Source: Octopus bimaculoides (Eukaryota). From it: a DNA stretch of 64,000 nt. The notes beneath the pieces were generated by a model. That model was not told where the DNA came from. It saw only the letters and a list, made by a program, of their open reading frames with translations, and searched no databases. Shown in pieces: positions 27,701 through 40,705 of this stretch; position 1 is the first letter of the stretch, and each line of letters opens with the position of its first letter. The position numbers and the translations under genes are program-made. Location: assembly GCF_001194135.2 (NCBI RefSeq), contig NC_068982.1, positions 93,719,171-93,783,170 of the forward strand, in the 5' to 3' direction.

Positions 27701-30700
27701 CGTTTAAAGTCCATTTTCCATGTTGGTATGGGTTGGACAGATTAACAGGATTTTATGAGCCCTAACAGCTGTGTCAAACTCCCGTCAGTTTTGGTATGGC
27801 TTCTACAGCTGGATGCCCTTCCTAACACCAATCACTTTAAAGCATGTACTGGGTGCTGTTTTCATGTTACCAGCAGTAAGTGTACCAGGTAACTTCTAAG
27901 GCAAAAAAAAAAAAAAAAAACAGGAAAGGGAAAAGGAAAAAGCTCACTTGACTAAGTGGCAGGGGCATTGGTTTATGAATAATAGTTTTATAGAGCAATT
28001 AAGTTTTACATATTTGCTAAAAGAACTACATTAACTTTGACTAATTGTGTACTCTTTTAGCTAATAAATAAGACTCAACTGTAATTTTATGTTATGATGT
28101 CAGATTTATAGATTTGTTTTTCCCTTTGAAACTATGAAAATGTTTCATGTAACATCAACTAGTTTTATTCTATTTTTTTTTTTCTAATTGTGATCTACAA
28201 TATACCCATTACATAATGCAGTGAAATTATTTTCTACATGTGGAAATTAATCATTTGTAGTGTCTGCAAAATAAACATTGGTGGCGTTTATTATTTATTG
28301 TTGTTTTGAGTAGGGCTGAATGGTAGAGTGACAGATAAAATGTTTTGCAGTTTTTTGTCACGTTTTTTTACATTCTGAGTCAAATTCTATTGGAGTCAAA
28401 TTTACTATTCAACTTTTCAAAGATGATAGAAGTACCAATTATTTGGGTCTATCAAATTGACTGGACTGCCGTAGGATTTTCGAGCGAGATCGTTGCCGGT
28501 GCCCCTGGACTGGCTCATGTGCGGGCGACACATGAAATCTTTCGAGCAGTATCGTTGCCGGTGCTCCTGGATTGGCTCATGTGCGGGCGACACATGAAAT
28601 CTTCCGAGCGGGATCGTTGCCAGTACCCCTGGGCTGGCTCTTGTGCGGGTGACACATGAGGTTTTTCGAGCGAGATCGTTGCCAGTGCTCCTGGGCTGGC
28701 TCTTGTGCAGGTGACACATGGAATTTCTTCGAGCGAGATCGTTGCCAGTACCGCCTGACTGGCCTTCGTGCGGGTGACACGTAAAAGCACCCACTACACT
28801 CTCTGAGTGGTTGGCGTTAGGAAGGGCATCCAGCTGTAGAAACTCTGCCAAATCAGATTGGAGCCTGGTGTAGCCATCTGGTTTCACCAGTCCTCAGTCA
28901 AATCGTCCAACCCATGCTAGCATGGAAAGCGGACGTTAAACGACGACGACGAAAGGGGGTTGGAGATGGTATTGTCAGTTAGAAATAATTTTTGTTATAT
29001 TCTAATGTTTGTTGTAAAATTGAAATTTGCGTGGAGAGTAGGAAGGACTGAGCTACATACGCACACATTTTCTCTCCCATAAATGTCTAGAGTTTAAATC
29101 CCCCCCCCTCCCTTTTTATGATGCTTTTGAATTTTGCTGAAACTAACAAATAATTACAAGTCATTTTCTAATCTGTTTGGATGCTTAAAACTACTTGAAA
29201 TTCCATAAGAAATCAGGAAATATTTTCTGGCCAAGCCCTGTTGTTTTTGTATGGTTATTGTTTTAAATTGTCTTTAAACTCACAGCTCTGACAATGAACT
29301 TTGAACCTTTTAAAAAGCTTATACAAGTTGACACTTGAGATCATAATGGTGAAGTTATTAGGAAAGGATTTTTTTTTTTACACTTTTGTTGGTGTTTGAA
29401 AATTTAGCCACTTATAAGCATTTGTTTATTAATCCTATTAAGTATAGTCTCTGTTCTATGATAGATTAAAAGAAATAAAAGCTCTCAACCGTTATTGTAT
29501 GTAAGAACCTTTATAGCCAAGGTACTACTCCCTCCGTGTTTTTTACTGTCAAAAGTAATTTAATATATTTTGTTAGTAAAATGCTTATAGAAAGTTAATG
29601 GACAAATAACTAGAACTATTTACACATAGGTTACTTGGCTGAACTGAACTGTTAAGATTTTGTTTATTTCCTGTTGTAATCTATTTCTAAACCTGCACCT
29701 TTCATATCCTGCTCTGTATACTTTTCAATCAGAATCGGACTTGAGCTGCTGCTGAAATTCTTCTAATGCTACTTGTTGAAATATTGTGTATTTTTTTAAT
29801 GAAGCTATGTACAGGTTGATAGTCTGTGTTCTGCTGCAGGCAGCAGCATATTGTGTCCATGAGTATTGCCTTTTTATAGAAACTGAAGATTAAAATTTTA
29901 ATTTTAATTTCAATTTTAATCTGTCTAGGGAGTCAATGTGTATATTATTAATCCATTTCAAGGTGCTAATACTTTTATAGAAGTTGACTGGTGGGCTGCT
30001 AATCTTTCTAGTGAGAGGAGAGGTTGCTAATCTCTCAGGTGTTAATAGTGGTTCTATGGCTAATTTCTCTTGGCAGTTGTTCGTTCTGTTGCTAATCCTC
30101 CTGAGAGGAGTTGGTGGGTATCTTGCTAATTCTAATGTGGCTTCATTCCAGGTTCTGTCAGCTCAGCTGGTAGATTTAACTAACTACTTCATCTAAGATT
30201 ATTTTCTTTCTGTATTCTACAACAAAGTAGCTGCCAATCTCTCAAGCTGCCAATCTCTCATAACATATTCTTAGTTGTCTTTATTATGTTGCATGTTATG
30301 TGCTATAAATTTTATAATGCCACACTGTCCAACAATAAAGAAAATATATTCATAATTGTTGCCTCTGTACTATAGATATAATTGAGTAAAGTGAACTGAA
30401 ACTTACCAACAGTTATTTATATATCATGATAGTGATGAATACAAAATTGTTTATTCAAAAGTAACTCTTGTTTATGTTTCTTATGTTTATATTTAATGTT
30501 ATAAATTTTTTCTCACCTTCTGTGCTACAGGTGAGTCCTGTGTTATTTTTCTGAAGATATATTTTCAGTTGGTAGTTTATTGAAACTTTTAAAATATTAT
30601 CTATAACATGGTATTTGTTATCACTTGAGAAAGCCCAATTATGCTTACGTTAATCTTCATTAGTGTTTTATATAGTGTTTTGTAATAAGATAGATATTTT

Positions 30701-33700
30701 TTCCTCTATGTATGTAGCCTTTCTGATGTACTGATGTAAGAGAGTGATAGAGATTTAAAAAAAAATTGTCTTAAAGTAGTTAGGATTGAGCATGAGTCTA
30801 AGAATTACTATTTCTATTTTAGATATTGCAATATGGTTCTGTTGCTTATTGGAATTATTTACTTAAAATGTTACGAGCCACTTAGAAGAGATTCCTCTCT
30901 TGTGAGAAAGATGGGTAGGGAAGCTTTCCATGAGTAATTGTAATATGGGGGCATGTACTGTAACAGCGCGTCTCTGCATGTATTGGTGATTTCCTACTAC
31001 TCCTGGTGGACAACATCTTTGTACCACTCAAGTGACAGCCTTCCAACCCAGGAGTTCTCAACCATTTTTTTATCTATGGACCTCTTTGACCTCTATTTTA
31101 TTCTGGTGGACTCCTAAAGCCATTCAATATTTAAAAACTGGTTTTATAGAAACTGCTTTCAAAATTCTTATTTTGTTTTTCACACATTAAACTGTGTAGG
31201 TTGGAATGTGTAAATCATTAGAGACAGAAACCTAGCAATTTCTTGCAGTACATACTGATACATACATCTAAAGCAAATTTTTTTCAGACTATTGTTGTTG
31301 ATCCCTAATTTACTATTTTGCTGCATGGACTCCCAAAAATCTTAAATGGACCCTCAGGGACCATATGGACCTCAGTTTAGAACCACTGCTTCAACCTATG
31401 GGTCTATTTGGGTACTCATTGCTGGTGAGGGTTGTACAAGTGCAAATCCTATCTCATCCTGTTTTAGTTGCCTCTTACAACACTATTAATGTTGTTGAAT
31501 CAATATTGTTATACAACACCGTTTCTCTTAAGTAAAAGTGCATAGAATCACATACTTTGTTGTGATGAGTTCAAGCTATTGCAGAATTGACTTAAACTTC
31601 TTCCAGTGAAATCATTATTTACATCAGCATTCTATACTGACATGGGCTGGATGAATCATGATGGTCTAAGTCAGATCTTATTTAGAGTTACTGCTCCCTG
31701 GATGTGTCAGGAACAACATTTCACTCAGTTGTTCCATTCTTAGTATAGTTTCTATAGCTGAAAGTCATTCCTAGTATCAGCCACCTGAAAGACCACTGTC
31801 TGTTTCATTTTTTTCTGGCATGTTGGGTATTTTATAATTGCCTTATTTGATCTTAATTAATCTCATAAGAATTATGTAACCCGATGAGAATCCTGTGCCC
31901 ATGAGTACTGGACTGTTGTATGACAGCTCACCACTTATAAATGGTGGCTGCATTGACTGTATTAGTTCTAATAGACCTCCTTGAAATTATGGATTACAAC
32001 AATTTCTCCACTTCAAATGTTATGTTACATGATAATTTTGCAGAAACTGTTGATAAATTTATTGTCCATTTGGAAAGATATCTTACATTCATGAAGTTAG
32101 ATGAGAAGGATAAATTAGATTTTATTTCTCTTAGTTTATTTTAAGTTGGGAAGATACACTAGCTAATTACAAGAATGAAATAAAGTGGCCTGAAATTACA
32201 AAAAGTGGTGTTTGATGATAGCATTACATACTATTCAAGAGCTAAAAATTTCATTGCATCTAAATATACTTGCAGCAAAAATATACACAGTGAATGAATA
32301 AAACTCTGTTCATTGAAACAATAGACAGGACAACCTATTAATGACTTTCCCAGGTCTCTTAAACCAATATAATATTCTAAATTTTCTTATTTATGGATGA
32401 GACGACACAAATGCTTATTGGCAAGGACTTAACATGGAAGTCAATTAAAAGGCAGCAAAACTGGGAAACCTTTATATTAGAGGATCTTGTTTCTTTAGTC
32501 TGGATGGAACAGTTCAGGTGGCCATAGAGGATGATCTGTTAATAAACAGTGCCTTAATTGAATCAGTTGTGAGCAGCTTAACTGTTGTAATTAGTTGTTT
32601 TTGATTTCTGAAAACATGGTGAAAAAGATTGGTATTGAATCACCCTCTAAATCAACTTAAATGATGGAAACAAGCTAAACCTGATTGTAAAGACAACACC
32701 TAACAATTGCTACCTTGCATCTGAAATATCTCTTGAGAATCTCTAATTTAATCACAATTCCAGTCATTTCAGATGGAATTTAAACTACACCCTTGACTTT
32801 GCTATCTATGTTGTTCTGAAATCGAAGAGCATGTTTGTGAAAGTTTCAAAACTCCAAATATTTACTAACACAAGCATAGAAATTTCTACACAAGTAATAC
32901 CCATACATTGCCCATCCCACTTCAGAATTGCTCATTTAAAGACTGACTGAATTCATTAAAGTTGAAGTTAATAAACTACTAGTTGAGGGAATAATTACAC
33001 ATCCAAAAAGTTGTCATGGCATTCTCAAGCTGTTTTAGTCAACAAAACTGGTGGCGAAAGACATTTAGTGGTTGACTATGTCTGCTATTAATAGATACAC
33101 ACAGCTAGATGCATTTCCCATTCCACTCATTAGTGATGTTTTAAGCCAAGTTCACGGAAATCATCATTTTAGTACTGTTGACTTTTGTTCAGCATATTAT
33201 CAAAAGCCTTTGCCTTCTCAGAAATATTTCAGCCTTTGAAGCAAATAATTATCTTAATTTATGCAATTGCCTTTTAGAGTAACAAATGGAATGTTGATTT
33301 TTATCAAAGTAATGAGAGAAATTGTTAAGGATTTAAAAAGGGTAGTTATTTGATGTAGGATATGTGGGGAAAATAGGATCCATGATCTATATTTGGACGA
33401 TTTTCTATGAAATAAACAAAATAAATGTTATAAAATAAGAAAAATTATTTGGTTTGGAAATATATATTGTGAGAATTCTTTGTGTGTGTGTGTAGCCAAA
33501 CAGACAAGCATGCATGCATATGTATGTGTATGTATGTATGTATTATATGAGGCAAAGAATTCTCACTTTAATGAATATTAAATCATTGCTTTCTAGAGCA
33601 TTAAATATGTAGCCATCTCATAGCATTTGGACATAATTCTACACTGGAAAATTCAAATGATTTTCTCTTTAATTCTTTGATATTTCCTGATTGTAGGCTT

Positions 33701-36700
33701 CTTTTTGAAAATTGGTCTATCTTCAAAAAGTATTTAAGGAAAAAAGATCCCTTTGTTAAAAAAGGTTTTCTTTTACCACCATAATTCAATTTGCCATATA
33801 GAGGCATAATACAGTCTGAACAAGCTGTTTATTTTGGACTTTTGAATCTAAAAGTCAGTACCGTGTTGTGTCTGGAGTCACTTTGAGCCTAGAGTCTGGT
33901 GCTTCATGTTCACTGAATTGTGTCTCTTGTCTTGTGCCTGTTTGTCTCATTCTTTTATCAAGTGGTTCTTCTAAGAAAACTTGATCTTGTAATTACTAAT
34001 TAAGAAACCTCTCTCCTTTGTGTATGAAAATGCAGAGGAAATAATTTTACTCAGATACATTTACAAAACTACTACAATTGTTGGTGTAGGTTTATCCTTC
34101 AGAGAATCAACATTCTTTGGCATTACCACTTGGGTGCCTTTGGTAGAGTCCGCTCTGTTGCAAGCATTTGAGCCAAGTCGGGGTTTGTGAATGGAATTCA
34201 TGTTAATTTTTGAGAACTAATTCATGTTAATTTTTGAGAACTAATTCTGGCTAAGCCAAACGTAGTAAATACTAATCTCTGGCAATCAAGTTATCCAGAT
34301 GGAATTTGAACCACTTAACTTTTGGCTGCCACACTCATACTGTGGAAAGTTTTTTGTTGTTTTTAGTTATCCTTGTACTGAACATTGTAAATTTGTAATT
34401 CTGATTTCATGTTCTTATGTTATTCTCTGAGAATATACTTTCACATAGTTGATAATAAATCCATTTTGGCAAAATTCAACGCTCTTTATATGAGATAAAG
34501 CTTTTCTAATTCTTCTGAAAATTGATTGCTTTTATATTTAAAATCTGTTTAGAAAAAATTTGTCTCTGAGGTTAATTTAGATCTTCCAGTGTTTATTATT
34601 AATATATAATATATATATGAGGATTATTTATTTTTAGTTTTACTTTGGAAGTTTAGAATTGGCAGTTTATAAATTTGGCACGTTATATGAATACTTTAGG
34701 TTGCTGGACCCCCTTCGGTCATGACTGACCATGGGATTGCACCTAGAAAGTTCCTCTCCCAGGCACAAGTCTGGGCAAGGTTGCTTATAGAAGACCAGCA
34801 GTCGCCCATGCATACCAGCCTCCCCTCTCCACGCCACCAGTGTTATCCAAGGGAAAGGGAAAGGCAAAGGCCGATACAGCTTGGCACCTGTGACGTCGCA
34901 ACTCATTTCTACAGCTAAGTGAACTGGAGCAACGTGAAATAAAGTGTCTTGCTCAAGAACACAACACGCAGCCCAGCCTGGGATTTGAACTCACAGCCTC
35001 ACGATTGCAAGCGACGCTCTAACCACTGAGCCATGCGCCTTCACACTTTAAGTTATATTTTAACTATCTGTAACAAAAGAAATTGATCTTTACTTTGAAA
35101 CTGGTATACATGCTTATCTTAGTCCTTGTAACAATAACTTGATTCTGTAAAAGACTATTTTTGTAACATACTAGTGTAAATTATATCAGCAGTAACTGAT
35201 AACTATCAGTGTATATAGAGATAATATTTGCTTTATAAACTGTACTAAAAGGAGGGATGAGGACAAAAAGGAAAAATGGAGTTTTACAATACAGACACTG
35301 CTAATCTTGCCCACTTTATCACAGTGAGGTTAAAGAATGCAAATGAATCCATGTCACTCAGAGTAATTATTAGTGTTAGTGATATTGTTTTATTGGCTCA
35401 TCTCTCTTAAATTCATGTTTATTTTTCTGGTTAGATTAAAAAAACAAATGTGGGGAGGGCAGATAATTTATTATCTCTTATTGTGCCTTTTGAATTGAAC
35501 TAGCTCTTAGTCACCCACTTACTCTCTAGTCAAAAGGGGTTGAGCATTTTGAATTATTGATTTTTAAACAGATGACATTAGGAAGGACATCTAGCTGTAT
35601 AAACCAGTCCAAAGCAGACACTTGAGTATGATGTGCATTGTACTCTAGTGACAAGGACTGTAGTCTTTAACTCATTGGTTCCTTGTCAAACTGCCAAATG
35701 CACCCCAGTATAGAACAGATGCTAAATGATGATTTTAAGTTGAATTTCAGAAAGCAGCTTTTTTTTAAAGTATAAATTTGTTATGCACACTTCAAGTAGT
35801 CAGTCTTTAGCTTTCTTGGTAGAAGTTACAAACCAATTTTTTCTTATCAACCATATGGCCAATCTACATGTAAAGCTTGAACACTTTTTAACCCAAGTTC
35901 TATCACCTGATCAGTAACCATTCCTTTCCCAGTCCTCCTCTCTCCTTTGTGTATGAAAATGCAGAGGAAATAATTTTACTCAGATACATTTACAAAACTA
36001 CTACAATTGTTGGTGTAGGTTTATCCTTCAGAGAATCAACATTCTTTGGCATTACCACTTGGGTGCCTTTGGTAGAGTCCGCTCTGTTGCAAGCATTTGA
36101 GCCAAGTCGGGGTTTGTGAATACTTCCCGCCTTCCTGTCTTTTGACTATAAGAGAAATGTTTTAGATAGTTTGAAAAGAACCATTTGTTTCAGTCCTCTC
36201 CAGCTATAGCTGGGTAGTTACAAAGTTTGCATTGCAGCTATTTGGTTTCATGTTCAAACCCACTGTACTGTATCTTGGGCAGGAGTCTTCTAAGCAGGAG
36301 TAACTGACCTTGATATTGTAGGGGTTGAAAAGCTTACAATACTTAAAGGTTCTAGCAAAGCATTTCTTAATTAGTTGCCTGGAAGCTCCTAATTATGTTA
36401 GTTGAAACTTTTAGATTAAATGGACAATTGACCCAAATTATCCATGCGGACCTGAAACAAAGATTAGATCTGATGTCACTTTTAAACCAATAACATATGA
36501 TCTAAGTTAACCAACAGAGGCAGGCCCTAAGTCTAGAAAGCCATCTTGAATTTGTCTCATTTCCTGTTACTTGATCTCCAAATACCTGATGAGCTAGTTT
36601 TGCTCTTTAAGTCTATGAAACTCTAAAGTGCATGGAGACTATTGTTAAATAATATCTATTCATACCTACAATTTATATGACACAATGAGGCTTTTGTGTG

Positions 36701-37236
36701 TGTGTGTGTGTGTGTGTGTACTTAATGAAATATGGTGAGAGATTGAAAATATTAGTGTTATTGCAATGATATGGTTAGTGTCCAGTAACAGAGGTCTATG
36801 AAAACATGACAAATTTTTTAATTAAGGCTATATGATGTATTATACTAAGACTTTAACTCTAATAACTTCATAAACAAGATGCCATGACGAAATTCAATAG
36901 GATCCTTGTATTGAATTTTTGTTTTTTTAAGCTGTTGTGCACACACACACACTAGATTGACCAAGGTTGTATGTTGAAGTGGATAATGTCAATCTCCCTG
37001 CTCTCAGTTATTTGGTTCAATTTCTGTACCTAAAATTCAAGTAAAAAAAAAAGAAAAAAGAAATTGCAGGCCTGGCTGTGTGGTAAGAAGTTTGCTTCCC
37101 AACTACATAGTTTGAGGTCTCCTACTGCATAGCAAGTGTCTTCTACTATAGCCTCAAGCCAAACAAAGCATTGCAAGTGGATTTGGTAGATGGAAATTGA
37201 AAGAAGCCTGTTGTGTGTTAGTGTGTGCATGTGTGT

Positions 37237-37271
<35 letters not shown>

Positions 37272-39083
37272 TGTGTGTGTCTGTTTGTTTCCCATCACCA
37301 CTTGATGGCTGGCACTGATGTGTTTATGTCCCTGTAACTTAGCTGTTCCACAAAAGAGACCAACTGAATTAATACCAGGCTTAAAAATATAAATGCTGTG
37401 GTTGAGTCATTCGACTGAAAGTTCTTCAAGGTGATACCCCACCATGACCACAGTCTAATGGCTGAAACAAGTGAAAGATAAAAGATATGGCTTCTATTTA
37501 TTTTCTTAATGGTCTCTCATGTTTATAAAGTTATGAAGGTTTTTCTTTCTTGTTCTTTTTTTTTGTTGTTGTAGTATTATAAGAAGTATTTAAGAAAACA
37601 AGCTCTTAGAATCCAAATCTTAAGCACATGCATTTTAACCTGTTCATTTTATGTTAAGAATGATTGGGTACTAAAATAATTCAATTCAAATTCAGTCAAT
37701 TTTCTTACATGCAAAATCTGATTGAAACCTCCAGACTATTTATAAATAATGCAAGAAAGTTGTTTTTGTTTTTGTTTTTTTTTGTGAGTGTGTGTGTGTA
37801 TTTGAATGAGAGGAAATAAAAATAAGAGTAAAAATAAGGAAATAAAATGTTCAAAAAGTGACTAGTGTGTCTGTTTTTGTTTCCCAACATATTTCCTTCA
37901 GTTAACACTACAATTACTATTGTTTTTAAAGATCTGGATCTCTCGTGTTTACTCTGTTAATGTGTAATAAGGATATCTTCTACTTGTTTCACACATTGGC
38001 CTGTGGCTGTGCCAGGGTACTACTTTGAAGGGGTTACTCACACAAGTTGATCCCAGTGCTTATTTTTAAGTCTGGTACTTAGGTCTGTCAGCCTCTTTTA
38101 CTGAGCTGTTAACTTATGGGGATGTAAACAAACCATTAATTGTCAAGCAGTGGTGGGACATGGACAGACATATTTTTTTTATTAAAGCTTCAAAATTATC
38201 ACAGCTGTTACTCAGTTTCACGTTCCTGTCCATCAGACAACTGTGATAAATACTCACCTGAGTGTGTGTGTATATGTATATATATTGATGTACAAACCGT
38301 TATCTACTAGAGTGTACCGACAGCATAAAAATTCAATGTTTTTAACACCTGTGCTTCATTAGAGTTTTATACCTATTTCCTAGCTGTTTGTAAAAATGGA
38401 ATTTTTTTTTTATATAATAGTATTTGTATGTTTGTGTTTTGGGTTAGGAGCAATAAAAATGTCTTTTATTACAGCAGCTATCACCGCTAGTTTTGTAATG
38501 GGATTTTGAAATTAAGCTTTGGATTATCAATGCTAATTAGTAATTTATCTTTTTTAAAGTGCTATTAATTGGTTTTATGGTAATCTGTTTTGCAATTGCT
38601 GCCAGAAACACTTATACATGCATTACATTAATTTTAACTTGTTGGGCAAGATAGGGTTTGAAAATCTAGATATTCTCTTCTGAATATTTAGAACTACTTT
38701 TTCTGTTTTTTAACATAGCACACTTTCTTCTGTTAATCACTCAATTGTGAAATGACTGTATACTGTATTCAGTTCGGCAACATTGTTTTTTCCCCTTTGG
38801 GTTAGAGCATTGACTAAAGGAAAGTTTAAAGTCAAGATCTTGCTGGTGGCTGTTCAAGATTTGTATTTCGTAGGCTCCATCTTAATAACATGTAATTTTT
38901 GTGTTCTTTTTGTATTAATGCCCATAGAGAAGAGAGAAAGCAAGCTAAACAAACCTGAAGTTTCTGTTTCTTTTCTCTGCATAAATACTAATCTGTTTGC
39001 CTTTCTGTTATCACCTGTTGTGATAGATTAGTAGAAAAGAAATAGAATGAATGTATGTCTCACCCAATACCTGTTTTATATCC

Positions 39084-39138
<55 letters not shown>

Positions 39139-40137
39139 CAGTCGTATACTGTCAACTTAATGTGACAGTCCCAATAAGGGAATCATACTGCTGCTATTTA
39201 GCCCTAGGATGCTGGATTGCTTCCTGTCGACCTTGACACATTTCCTGTGTCCTTATATTTGCGAGGGGGAAACAAGCACCCCCACCCAGCCTAGTCTGCA
39301 TTCAGGGACATGCTTAAGTCTCTCTGTGAGATTTATAATTAGATCATTTCTAATTTTTGTAATCAGTGAATGTGTTTTCACTAGAAATATATATATTTGC
39401 GAGAGGTTGACAGGCATCTTCAGCCACCTGGTTGTGCTACTCCAGGCTGATGATGAGCAATGACTCAGAAACATGTCCCTGAATGCAGACTAGGCTGGGT
39501 GGGAGTGCTTGTCTCCCCCTTGCAAATATAAGGACACAGGAAATGTGTCAAGGCTGACAGGAAGCGGTCCAGCATCCTAGGGCTAAATAGCGGCAGTATG
39601 ATTCCCTTATTGGGACTGTCACATTGAGTTGACAGTATACAACTGCTTTATCGTAACACTGCTGCTTAAGTCTCTCTGTGAGATTTATAATTAGATCATT
39701 TCTAATATATATATATATATAAATATACAGGGATTAGCAAATTGAGTTGCTTCTCCAACATACTGAAAATTTAGAAATAGCAGTCAAAGAACTACTGATT
39801 CCAAACTACAAATTTTCTCTAAAGTGGATGGCGATATTTATGGCACACATAGAACAAAAAACCGGAGGGAAAAGCGTAAACAAGCCTTTGACCAGGGCTG
39901 GTAAGCTGAGGGGCTGCACCAGACTCCAGCTTCCAAATTTGTAGTTTGGAATCAGTAGTTCTTTGACTGCTATTTCTAAATTTTCAGTATGTTGGAGAAG
40001 CAACTCAATTTGCTAATCCCTGTATATTTATAATGATAAATAGTCTTACCGATAAAGGTTTTTTTCATACTGAACTACTTGGCAGGATTGTTAATTATTA
40101 ATTCTATTATTAATTGACGATTCTCTGCCCTTATTCT

Positions 40138-40179
<42 letters not shown>

Positions 40180-40627
40180 GGTATGTAAAAAGCACCTGTT
40201 GAGCATTGGGCCTCATGAAAGCAATGTGCCCAGTGTTGCATAACTGGCATGTAAAAAGCACCTTTTGAGTGTTGGGCCTCACAAAGACATCTGGCACCTG
40301 TCAAGCGTTGGGTCTCACAGAGGCAATGACAAATGACTGAGCCCTTTGGCAATATGCCATGTTTGAGAAGGATACCCATTAAGCCAAGTGAAATTGTAGT
40401 CGTGGTAGATTCTGGAGTCATGCAAGTGGCACCCGTGCTGGTGGCCCATAAAAGCACCCATTACACTCTTGAAGTGGTTGACGTTAATAAGAATATCCAA
40501 TTGTAGAAACCATACCAAATGAAGCTGGAGTCTGGTGCAGCCCCTCAGCTTACCAGCCCTGGTCAAACTGTTCAACCCATGCCAGCATGGACAACAGATG
40601 TTAAAAGATGTTGATGATTTTATACAG

Positions 40628-40705
<78 letters not shown>

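Noticed and set aside
28481-28790. CRISPR-like regular repeat array
   Set aside because: The units are contiguous with no unique spacers, there are no cas genes, and the context is a eukaryotic intron
28345-28887. Overlapping ORFs of 67-156 aa on both strands (also 4949-5224)
   Set aside because: They come from the GC-rich tandem units of the retroposon and have no protein-family motifs
34960-35044. tRNA gene
   Set aside because: A and B boxes are present but there is no cloverleaf, and it continues into a SINE body
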